Below, in pieces: positions 48,908-61,112 of a stretch of DNA of 64,000 nt. The DNA is taken from positions 1 through 64,000 of the forward strand of contig JALMLS010000242.1 of assembly GCA_038496445.1 (NCBI GenBank), given 5' to 3'. The number at the start of each line of letters is the position of its first letter. Positions within the stretch are counted from its first letter, which is position 1. A program made the position numbers and the translations under genes. The notes under the pieces were generated by a model that worked only from the letters and a program-made list of their open reading frames with translations, had not been told where the DNA came from and ran no database searches. This DNA comes from Trichosphaerium sp. ATCC 40318. Lineage: Eukaryota; Protista; Tubulinea.

Positions 48908-51900
48908 GTTTGGACATAAAAGAAGAGTATGAAGTAGGAGGTCATCTCAGATATAGGGGAGAGGTAAAGAATGGCAAGCATGACGGTTTTGGTGAGCTGT
49001 ATCATATAAAAGATATTGGCGAAATCAAACAAGGCGATACTCTCGAATACAAAGGTCAGTTTAAGGACAATAAGTTTCATGGTGATGGCGAGCTGTATCT
49101 CTCAGATGGTACTCTCGAATACAAAGGTCAGTTTAAGGACAATAAGTATCATGGTGATGGTGAGCTGTATCGCACAAATGGTACTCTCGCATACAAAGGT
49201 CAGTTTAAGGATGGTGAGGTTCATGGTGATGGTGAGTCTTATGTCTCAAATGGTACTCTCGCATACAAAGGTCAGTTTAAAGGCGGTTTATATCATGGTG
49301 AGGGTGAGTTTTATTTACATGGTAGCCTCTATTACAAGGGTCAGTTTAAGGACCATTACCGTGATGGTTTTGGTGAGCTGTATCATATAAAAGATATTGG
49401 CAAAATCAAACAAGGTGATACTCTCAAATACAAAGGTCAGTTTGAGGCCAATAAGTTTCATGGTGATGGTAAGCTGTATCACACAAATGGTACTCTCGAA
49501 TACAAAGGTCAGTTTAAGGACAATGAGTATCATGGTGATGGCGAGCTGTATCTCTCAGATGGTACTCTACAATACAAAGGCCAGTTTAAGGACAATGAGT
49601 ATCATGGTGATGGTGAGCTGTATCTCTCAGATGGTACTCTACGATACAAAGGTCAATTTAAGAACAATCAGTATGAGGGTGTTGGAGTGTATTTTTATCA
49701 AAATGGTACCAAGTACATTGGGCAATTTGACAACAACAAGATTCAAGGTATTGGTGAGAAGTATTTGGCAGATGGTCGCAAATACATTGGTAAATTTGAG
49801 AATGCTAAGGCAGTAGGTAAAACACAGAAAAGTATTGCTGGAAAACCAGACCAGGCTGCCTTTTCTAACAACATGGATAAAACATTCTGTGAAGAATCCG
49901 TTTTTCCTAGCAATGATGTACAAGAAGATATAACACCAGTTACTGTGTGTTCTGATGGCACTACAGATGAGAGAGATCTCAAGAAATTGTTTCCGAATCC
50001 AGATAATACTATCCTTGATATCAATGATCCAACTGTACAAGGTATACCAGATGGAAAAAGAATGGTATTTGAATTTTATTCTAAAAGACGCTACCAATAC
50101 TGTAACAGTATTATTTTGAACCACCAAGATAGCTTTGAATCAGGTCTTTATGGTGATATTGTATTTATCTATGACCTTTGTAAAAAAGATCCTGAGATAT
50201 CACTTCATGAAGGTGCGGTGTCTTTTATACCACTACCTTTATACTTATTGATTATTTAAATAGTAACAACTATGGCACGTGGTCTTTCTGGAGTACGTGT
50301 GATACCCATAAAAAAGGACAAAATATCAGACAAAATGATACAACAGTTTAAACACATTTATTGGAGTGACCTCAGTAGTTTAATGAGACATCACATTGCT
50401 GATGGAGTGAGTCATAACAACTACGATTTTGTTGAGCAATTAGAAGCCAAAATAATGGTTGTAGGCCATGAAGGATCAGGTATTTAAGCTTGGATGAGTG
50501 ATACACTAAATATTTATTAGGCAAGACAACACTTGTGAGGACATTGGCAAAGGAAACAAATATAATAGCGGATTCAACTATTGGTTTTGATACATCACAT
50601 CTCTCGTATGTTTAACTACTTTAGCGCTTGGGTTTAATGTGCTTTAGGTTCCAGGGCGTATCATTCACAGTGTTAGACTTTGCTGGACAGACGGAATACA
50701 AAGGATTACATAAGTACTTTTTAGCAAAGCAACTTACAATTTACATCATCGTTGTAAGTTCATAGTACACCAATATCACACTTGTTTCCTTATCATTCAT
50801 CTTAGATTGACTTGTCAACATCAATCAAAGAGCAGCAGAAACACCTTAAATATTGGTGTCGGGCTTTAAATGAGATACTACATGATCAAGACCCAGAGCT
50901 ATACTCAGTGATTGTATTTGGATCCAAGTTAGATATCTTTTTAGGCGATATCAAGGCCAATAAACAATCACTGCTCCCTATCGGACTATCACTAGTACAG
51001 TACTTGTGCTTAGACGGTACCACCTTTATAACTTTTTTACAATCGCTTATTCTTTGTTGTTTAGGAACAAGTGCTCTTGTCAAATTATTGGATCAGCAAG
51101 CCAAGTACTTGAAGGCCCAATATCCAAAAGTACCATTGATCTACATTGACATAAAAAAAGCACTTGAGAATACAATCACAAACAAGGATACCCTAAAGGG
51201 TAACATCATATCAGTGTACGTTGTGTTTTAGCTGTAGTGGGTCTTGCTTTTGCTGATCAAGTATTTAATTAGGAGGAAAGTAGTAGAACTGATACCCAAG
51301 ATATGTGCAATGTCTCCAATAGAGTTGATTGCCGCATTAATTACCTTCATTCCATTGGTAGCATCATGTTTGATGAGGTGTGCGCTTCTCAAATGAGTAA
51401 TATGCTTGCTTAAACAACTGACTTGTCTGCGTTTAGTCATCGTACACGCCATGTTTGAACCCTCCTATTCTATCTCGTATCATGAGTGCTTTTTTAGCAC
51501 CCAAAGAACATCTTGATAGATTGATCAAAAACAACACTCATAGTCATCACGCTGTATTCACTGACTCAGAAGCTAAATCTCGAATCTCAAAGCTATTTCC
51601 AAAATGCACTAAACGTGAAGTGAAGCAGGTGATGAAATTCTTGGTACAAATGTCGTTCTGCGTTCGCTTGACAGAAGAAGAAAAGGTAACAGATAGTGTA
51701 TGTACTCTATAACTCATTGTCAATGTATTTATTCAGGTTGTGTATGGCGCTAATGGATACCTTATTATATCGCTATTACCTAAAGCTGATATGTTTTACT
51801 TTCCTCCATTGACCCAAAAGGAGCAAAGTATTACGTTAGTTCAGACAAAGAACAAGTACCCACATGAGTTACCAGAAGTATTCTCTTTATCTAAATCACC

Positions 51901-54390
51901 AACAAAGTGGAAGATATTATCGTACACACCTACAACAGACTCTAAAGTTGAACATAAAGTGGTAGAAATAGTCACCATAAACAAGGAAACCAATAAAATA
52001 GTACGGCGTATTTCATATTCCATAACAATTCAAAACTAACAATATCACGTGTTAGTCACTACCTCATCAATATGAGGTCATACCACATGTTTCAAAGTTC
52101 TTGGCATACACCTTTAACTCACAAGATCTACCTATAGACATATTTAATGACTTGCAGAGAAGACTGAGAAGTACGCCAACATGAACGGTTTATGATCAGA
52201 TACTAAACGCTAAAAATAGAGTTCCAAAACAAAGAGTTTCGTTTGTTTTCAAACTTGATTGTACTCTCTGATTTCTATGGCAATATCATCACATTGTATT
52301 ATGTTGATCATAGCATCAAAATTGTCATTAGAGGCATAGTACCACAGCTATGGATGGTAATAACATGAACAGAAGTTTAAACATTGACATTTTTAGGAAT
52401 CTCTTGATACATACCTAAAACCTTTGGACATCACTCCAATTCCGCTATGTCCAGTCAGCATACAATTTGGAGAGTTTGTTGAGGTCACAAACAATTTGTA
52501 TGAGTGCAAGAAGATAAGTGAGTGTATTAGGCATACATTTATACACGTGTAGTTGTCATATATTATACAACTAGATGGCATATTTCCAAGTTAACAAACT
52601 GATTATTTCTTAGAACATGTTGTCACTGAGACTCATTTAAAAGAAGGATTTCCTGTACTCAAACATGCGAGACATAATCTGTGGGGTAGCTTGCATGGAG
52701 AAAGATTTCTAAAAATGGGTGACTGGGAAACACCTCAACAGTATCCTGGGTTACGAATCACGTTTCTCACAAAAGATGAAAAAAACAAAGTACAACCCAC
52801 ATTTGAATACCATGACTTTCTTACTAAAAGCATTGATAAGGAACGTTATGATGAGTATTTGAGAGCTAGCAACATGTTTTATGAGTTCATGGGGACTGAC
52901 AGTGCTTCATTTTATGAGTTGGAGAAGATTGCGTTCTTGAACAATCCAAAACTTGAAGACAAATTTGAGGAGCAATACAATACTTTTGTCAAGAAAGTAC
53001 TTCAATCCAAAAAATCAGGCAAGTCACACCCTTGGTCAGCTTTTTCTAATAGTATAGATGTGAATGATGATTCTACTGTGGATGAAGATACACATAAATT
53101 ACAAGAACGGACTTTGAATCATTTGAAGAGCCATGTGATGCGTGTTTCAGGCAATGAGCAAATCAACCTCATACCTGGATTACACGGTACATCAGAGGTA
53201 TATCACATTTATTCTCATTAGTACCAAGAAATAGTTAACCTTAGATTTTAGGATTCTAGTTTTAAGATCGCTTGGAACAACTTTAGAGAACCACATGAGA
53301 ATACAAACAAGAAAGATGGAGGATACTTTGGTATGGCTTAGTAATAAGTTAGTTTAATTAACTAAAAACTTACAAAGGAGCTGGTATTTACTTCACTCAA
53401 TACCCTGATTGTGGTAAGTCATTTTATACAATCAAAGCTCTCTCACTCAACCAATTTTGTATTCTTGTATTAACAATTGAGGTAGGAAGGAAGTATGCTG
53501 AATGGAACGGAGAGAAGAAACCACGCATGTTGATATCATGGATAATGATGGGAAAACCTTATCCAGTAACAGAGAAACCCATACCAGGTCCCAACTCTCT
53601 TTATGGCAAAGAATGCAAGGTACAACTCTTTTTTTCTTTATGTGACTGCTTATAGTTTTGTTTTTAGAAAGGTTATGATTCTCACTATGTCCTCACTAAA
53701 TCATCAACTGGGCATCCATGTGGCATTGATGATAAAATAGATCAAAACGAGATTGTTGTATTTTCAAAAAACCAAGTATGTAGACATCACCACGTAGCCT
53801 TTCTGCCATATTACAATGTGTTCTTATTTAATGATCTAGATTCTTCCACGATACCTTGTGTACTACAAAGCAATAGACAGTACCAATATAGACTCATATG
53901 AACTCAAGTACAGGGATGCTAAATGTCTTGTTTTGTGGGTTGACGCTAATCTATCAGTTGAAAACAAGAAGATTATGGAAATGCTTAAAAACAGGCCAAA
54001 GAAGACAGAGGTACACAAACCAAATACAGCCATTCATCTAAAGAAATACAAAGGTGTTGGTGATGAAGTCATCATCTGCGGTTTTGGCATGGATCGATAA
54101 GTTCAAAGGGTTCTGTAACAACAGATTACATATCATCACAAATAGATATCGAAAAGGTGATGGAGATGAGCTAGCAGCAGAGAAGTTGATAAAGAGCATA
54201 AGAAAAATTAAAATATGTGCCAAAACACCTATTCTTGTTTTTTGTGGTATGTCAACTACCCCTTTATTAATCACGTGATTTTTTGTTAACACACTGTTTG
54301 TTAGGAGACACGTCAAAGGCAAAATACCTCAAGAAAAAATACAAAAAGGTTTCCATCACGAATAAAGTTCAAGATGTATTGGAGATGTAA
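48908..54390 (+). CDS. Roco-family multidomain protein: MORN repeats - degenerate GTPase - Roc - COR - PARP-type ADP-ribosyltransferase - pseudo-receiver
   Basis: MORN units YKGQFKDNxxHGDGELY. Roc: AKIMVVGHEGSG|KTTL, STIGFD, LDFAGQTEYKGLHKYFL, LKYW, VFGSKLD. COR-like region includes LLP. ART: NNPKLEDKF, LHGT, GYFG|AGIYFT, YDSH, NEIVVF, Q|ILPRYLVYY. REC-like: LVLWVD...IITN...TPILVFC. The first exon was not located. Confidence 0.85.
48940..49810 (+). repeat. Coding tandem array of ~69-bp MORN units
   Basis: Repeated TACAAAGGTCAGTTTAAGGACAAT...CATGGTGATGG.GAGCTGTAT...GGTACTCTC, about 12 units. Confidence 0.93.
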
Positions 54391-55386
54391 GAATAGCTTA
54401 CATCTTTCCTCAAAAGTTTACTATTACGCAAGCTATGTAGTTCAGACATTGCTTCTTGCTTCTACCAACAATGTTAATAAATTAAGAACGCACTACTGTT
54501 GAAACGGTACTCAAAATGTAATAACATAGTTGTCAACGAACAAATGCCACTTTTATACAAGCTTGTCTTTTTGGTGCTTCAATGAGAGACGACACGAGGA
54601 GCTAAACGTTAATCCCATTAAATAAGTACATCACCTTTTTATGGAATGACGTTATTGTAAAATGTGAAAATCCCTACTCCCAAACTTCCTGTGATGTATA
54701 TAGTGCCTACGCCATAGCGTATTCAACCGCGCAGCGAAAATTTCTCTACTTCTCGATTGGAACACCGGAAAAGGACAAAGTCGCGAAATGTTGTTCGGCG
54801 GATTGTTTGCATAGTATACCGCCTTGTTATCAAGAGTCGTGATGTTAATTAAACGAGTTTCGGCCTAAATCATGGTCGATTAGTTCAGAAAGACAAAAAC
54901 CAAATCAAAACCATCTATTATGCGGCTACATGACAGAGTTTATCACATACAGTTGTTTATTGGTGCTACCTTCTAAACTTGCTTCCAAAAACAGCAAAAC
55001 GCGAATAAATACACGATATCCACTACGCATACGCATTAAAACACTGTAACAGACGAATACTAGAATTATACTAATTAGGAAACCAGAAATGCGCTTTTTT
55101 TATAAAAATAAAGTAATTAGATCTCGACGCGTAAAGAGTAGTATCTAGACACTTTATGTAGTGATCCAAAAACAACAGAAAACTAAAAAATTTCATATTT
55201 AGCGAAAATAGGTCAATAATTAACGACAACTATCGTACACCGTCATAGCTCTAGTTTTAATGCAAACATAGGGGTTGTAGCGGATCCGAAGCGAAAACCG
55301 AAAACCTGAAATTGTTATTTTTAATTAGCTAAAAAAATCAAATAAAGTCAATAGAGGAGATTATTTTCTGCAACTATTTGACAAAC

Positions 55387-56726
55387 ATGCAACACGTACA
55401 AGCTGTCATATATTTCTGTTTTTTAGTCTTATTCGGACAACTCGCAGTCGGTCAGACTCTAGAATACGAGTTTAACTTTAATGGAAATCTATTAGATGAC
55501 GTTGGTGACGGGTACCCCTTTTAGGTGTTCCCTCACATGATTATTTACTTTTTCTCAAATAGAAACTTAACAATAGGCATACCAGAGGTCTATAACATGA
55601 CAGAGGGCTGTCTAGAGCTACCATTGAACACAAACCCTTCGTTGGTACTAAACAACCCGGACATTCTAAAAAACGCACCATACACTGTTATACTTCAAGT
55701 CCAAGTACTACAAACAAGTTCTTTCGGGAGAATCCTTGGATGGGTACCTTCCAGTGACAGTGGCTTGCTCTTTCAAGGAAATACCATTGATTATTTTGGA
55801 TTTTCTGGTAGAACTGATTCCTACAATGTGCTTGATGATATCAGCTTGATCTTTTTCTCGTACGCCAAAGAAATTTGAAACTTAAAAGAAACGAACCTTT
55901 ACTTCTTGTTTTTTCTTACTCTTTCATTCACAGGTATGACCCTACAACAAAAAATGCTACGTTTGGTCTTGTGGATAATTCAACAATACGGTCATCAAAC
56001 ATTGTATCAACTGGGGCCCCAAATATTGTGGATACAGTACGAATAATGACAGATAATACTGGAAGCTTCGGAAATGAGCATTACAAGACATGTCTTTATA
56101 AAGTGATGTTCTATTCCGGAGCTTTTATTCCAACATCAATCGAGCCACCTACATTACCACCACCAACAACTACAGCACCAAGTACAGTGTCTCCAACAAC
56201 TTTACCTCCAACAACGCTACCTCCAACAACTGTGCCTCCAACAACTGTATCTCCAACAACTATGCCTCCAACGACTGTGCCTCCAACAACGCTACCTCCA
56301 ACAACTGAGTCTCCAACAACTGTGCCTCCAACGACTGTACCTCCAACGACACTACCTCCAACAACTACAGCACCAAGTACAGTGTCTCCAACAACTTTAC
56401 CTCCAACAACGCTACCTCCAACAACTGTGCCACCAACAACTGTATCACCTACAACACCTACAACGCTAGCTCCAACTGAAGCACCAACAACTGTATCACC
56501 AACAACGCTAGCTCCAACTGCACCTCCAACGACTACAGCTCCAACGACTGAAGCACCAACAACTGCGTCTCCAACAACTGCATCTCCAACAACGATGGCA
56601 CCTACAACTGAAGCTCCAACAACTGATCAACCAATCACTCTGGGATTAGCATCTAGCACATTTTTTACGCTACCTTCGTTAGCTTTGTTTGTTGTTACAA
56701 CAGTTGCATTACTTGCAACACAATAA
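55387..56726 (+). CDS. Secreted/GPI-anchored protein: LamG/concanavalin-like domain + TTxPP mucin stalk
   Basis: Signal peptide; YEFNFNGNLLDDVG start typical of LamG-like domains; YTVILQV...RIL; long 15-bp-unit repeat at 56150-56630; hydrophobic tail. Confidence 0.8.
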
Positions 56727-57288
56727 AACTCAAGAGATAATATGATTTTAAATTTCAGCATGTGTAGCTTCGGGAAGCGCCAATAAGTTAACAATAAGCA
56801 ATACCCAGCTGGCACGTGGCTACATTAAAACTTGGCCATGTACCTAGGTTCTTTCACGTAAACTACACTCAATTTTCTCTTTTAGAAATGTAGCTTTTCA
56901 GAAAACAAAGAACAAATTAAAGACGCACTTCGTTAGCAAGAAAGTGGTTTTATCAAAAAAAACAATATTTATAAAAAAATCTAAGAGTAACATGTAATAT
57001 TGCATGCTGTTACATATCCCGAAGATAGTATTTATCAGACATTTTCTCACAGCGCCCATCACACTTTTCAAGTTGACAATCAATGACTCGTTTTATCCTG
57101 GGTTTGAAAATAAGCACAACACGGCTTAACTTTTATCTACATTCTTTAGCAAGAAACTGTATTTTTAGAGTCCACGTGACTTGGGTTTTTTGAGTTTTCA
57201 AGCCAAGCTACTGGATTTCTTTGTTAAACTTTTCTGAAACGGGCGTGCGAAATATGTTTATGTAATATAGGCAAGAGCTATCGTACAA

Positions 57289-60200
57289 TTACAGTACACA
57301 GTTGCTAGCAACCAGTTTTAAAAGCGCTGCTTTAAAACCCTTATAATTCTGGGTAGCAGCTTTGAGATAGCACTCAATATACTTGCTGCCAGTCACAACA
57401 TCCCACGTCTTTTTAAGTATGGCAAGATTATCGATACTATCCTGTACCACCCAGTTGTTGTATGCAGTATCAATTGAAGTCTTCATGCGATGATAACTGC
57501 AAGTATACAATGACACAAAGAAAGGAATACAAATCGCCAAATTGATTGTAGACATCGGTATCAGCTGATATTCTAGATTCTTTACCGTACATATATGCCT
57601 AAACTTCCATCCCTCACGTCTTTTCATTTTTGTACCATCGCCTGAAGCACTTCCCCAACAGGTCAAGACATAGCGTGGATTTGTGGTACCACAGCTCTCC
57701 ATAATGGCTTTCTCTGTTATATTTCTACAACAAGAAGTTTAGTTCTTGGAAAAAAAACTGTAAGCGGTACCTGTGAACAATACCCCGCTTGTGCACTTCT
57801 TCTAGAGTATCAATGAGTTCCAATGCTTTTGTTATGTTGAATGTAGTTTCATCAGGTTTTACTAGATACTCCATTGTAATACCAGTTGATGCAATATGAT
57901 ACTAGTAAGAGAATGAGTTTTGTTTCAAAGCTCTTCAAACGTACAACTTTGGGAACTCCAGGGATATTCACCAAGCGACTCAATACTTCTATTTCATTAG
58001 TGCCCAAGGATGCAGTTAAGTACTGTTTAAATGCCACTGGTTGTGGACTGCTACGAGTGCTGATGTCCACCTTGTAAATGGTAGCATTGAAACCTACTCC
58101 AAGTACTTCTGTAGGTGTATATTGCTTACCCGCAATTGTACATAATATTGGAGTATACCCAAGGTTTTCTAATGTTAGGCTTAGCAGGTGTAACAACTGC
58201 ATTAGTCCCTCATCCGCAGTGTGAGAGATATTCAGCGCTCTGTACATAGCTGTAAAAAGAGATGTTATGTATTCAACACCTTTAGAGCCTAAAGCGTCAC
58301 CAGGCGTGTCTGCTGTTTCTACCGTTTTCTTAAAAACGTCCATTACGTTTGTTTCAGTATAGCTGTATGATGGTCTCGAGGAATCATCCTTCAAAAGTGT
58401 CATTTTGAACATTTTAATTTTTACCATATTCTGAAGAATACCGTATACGTATTTGCGATGAGGTTGTGCTTCCATAATTGAATGCATATTTTGCCATACT
58501 CTACCTTCCTCATCTGGAGTGAAATTATCTTCTAAACAATTCAATATGTAAGTCAAACTGGCTCAAGTTTGCGTACTAGAACAAAAAACAATATTCCATG
58601 TCAACACGTGATGGTGCCACGTGAGTTCTCCATGTTCAGTATTTTGAAGCTGTTTTGGTACTACGACTATACCGGGGCTTGAAACAAAGGTATCATCTGG
58701 CCGGAGAAAGGCACTGAGGGTTTCAGTAATGGGTATGCATGTATCTTTATTTTCAACGGAGTTTCGAGGGTTCTTGGAACGAAAGAATGTGAATACCTCT
58801 AAGCAACGTTAGATAGTGCACCTTTGATACCTGTACCTTTTAATTTGATTTTATCAAAGAAGTGTTGATTTCTCTTCTTGGCACCGGTGCAAACATACGC
58901 AGTATCTTCCAATCCTTGTATTTCTTAGCACGTGTATTTTCAGAAAATTACAAAAAAACGTACTCATCTTCAGTTTTTCAGCTAAGTACTGCTGTTTGCA
59001 TTGGCGCTCTAGTTCTTTATACACTCTAGTTTCCTTTTTTTGTGTAAGTGGATTAGATCTTGTTGTTTGTTTTACTCTTATCAGCTTTACTCTATCATTG
59101 CATGTGCATAGAGAAGGAAACTTTTTACATTTCTTGCAACGATTGTCAGCTGTACTTGAAATACAATTGAGGATTTCATTTAAAACACCTTTGTAGTCTA
59201 TGGCATCTGCTCGTTGCAAACAACGTCTCCAATTGAAGGGAAGAACCCTTGCCCAAACCTTTTCTAGAGCTTCAGCGCGCACTCTTTTGAAAACCTGATT
59301 CCCCCTTGCGTGTGCCTCCAGAAAACCCTCATATGCTAAGTCGACTTTATCCTTGTTTTGTTTCGACATACAATAGTATGCCATCACAAAAATGAATGAG
59401 TACAAGTCATCCTTTGGTGTGTATGCATTACTGGAGAGGTACTAGCCCACGCTTCATACAATTGTGGAGCGAACATGAGACCCCCACTTAAACTAATTCG
59501 TCCAGTATCTGTTGTGGCGGCTCCCCAATCAATCAACATGTACCGTGGTTTTTCTTCTTTGCAAGTTGGTGGTAGTAGCATGATATTCGAAGTAGATATG
59601 TCTCTGTAGAAAATAAGAATGAGTTGTAAAAGGAATAGATAATATGTGGTTACTTGTGGATAACACCTCTACTGTGAACAATCTCAAGAGTTTCAATTAT
59701 GTGTTTTGCAAGTAACTCAAAGTCAAACTCAGCGTCTCTGTAGCTTTGACAAATACAATCCATTGCAAATCCTACACCTGGGCTTCACCAACCTAAACAG
59801 CTTGAATAAAGTAGTATTGGTTGATTTGGAAAGAAATCGTTGATAAACACGTACAACTTTTGGAACACCAGGAACATCTTTGAGAAGATGTAATATTCTC
59901 ATTTCTCGATCCATTTTTGGCTTTATTGGGTCACCCTTATTAAAGTAATTCTTGAACGCAACATACTTTGGAGGATCATTGTTGGACAAGTATATCATGT
60001 AGACTGCTCCATGAGCACCTGTACCAAGCACTTTTCGAGGTACATACGCAAACCCATTGATTGTAAATACTTTCGAAATATATCCAAGATCGCCAAGCTT
60101 GTAATTTAACAAACTTACCAAATGCTTTAGCCCTTCACCTGGAGCATCTGAATCAATTAAATCCATTTCGGGCGTCGAATAATACATGGGTTTGTATAGA

Positions 60201-61112
60201 TGTCCTTGTGGCAATCTTGAAAAATTGAATTTTCTGATAATTTTGAAGTATTCCATACACAAATTCACGACGAGGTTGGGCTTTAAGGGTTCTATGCATG
60301 GCACTCCATATCATGCCTTTATCATGTGCGGTGAATGAAGCTAATAACACAATAATAAGCAACAAATAAACCAGTCATTTGCATACCGTTGCCTTCCAAT
60401 ATGTCCCAAGTTAACACGTGATGATACAATGTACAATCTCTTTCACGAATCGTTTTGAGTTGTGGTATGATTCGAAAACAATTTGGAAGAAATGATTTGG
60501 CATCTGGAACAACATTTGCACGAATATTTGGACAAATATCATCACGTGATAAAAATGATGCGAAATCAGCAGTGTATTTGTCAAGAGAACATGATTTGAG
60601 CTTTAACATCATCAATTGAAATGTTTGACATGACTCAATGTATTGCTTAGACGTTTCAGGATGACAAAATGAGTGTTGATATTCTGTTTTCTCAGCAATG
60701 GAATGTGCAATGGCAGGATACCCTTACGAAAACAATTAGAAAAAAAAATCAAACAGTAAAAGGTCATACCTTGCATCGTCCTCTGCCTCAAGGATGTATC
60801 TCTCAATAAATTCAAGTACAGCTGCTCGTTCTCATTTTCCATCACTCTTTGGCGTTTGTGTTCGTATTCATTTTCTTCTTCAGCACAATGCTGTCTTTTG
60901 TTTTGAAGAATTCGTAATTCTGCTTTTATTTCTTCAACTTCCTTGCTCAGTTTTTTTTTGAGCTCTTCAGATATGATACTATCGCCAGGTCTTTCGTTTT
61001 TGGCTTCTACTAATTCATGAGTTGAAACCTTGCTGTGTATTTCGGTTTGTTCAGTACCAGTGGTCTGTTTGTTGCAAGCATCAAACACCATATCAATCAT
61101 TTCTGCCGTCAT
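57289..61112 (-). pseudogene. Crinkler-like tandem (restriction-endonuclease-fold + protein kinase) x2 gene with several frameshifts
   Basis: Two homologous modules each carry HHVLTW, AQP.R..VYGILQN, GL..L..LL...L..LGY, VLGxG, VAFK, GVPKV. Kinase 1 has VIHK|DISTSNI and LIDWG; kinase 2 has IVHR|NIT and LTCWG. Frameshifts near 60200, 59780, 59418 and 57860. Confidence 0.7.

Noticed and set aside
49016-50127. Overlapping alternative-frame and antisense ORFs over the MORN array
   Set aside because: They are shadows of the repetitive coding sequence.
46334-50259. Endogenous giant-virus insertion (intronless F-box-LRR and long MORN exon)
   Set aside because: No viral hallmark genes, and the MORN exon continues into an intron-rich gene.
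54038-54100. Apparent frameshift between ORFs 53858-54100 and 54054-54278
   Set aside because: Explained by a canonical GT-AG intron at 54011-54053.
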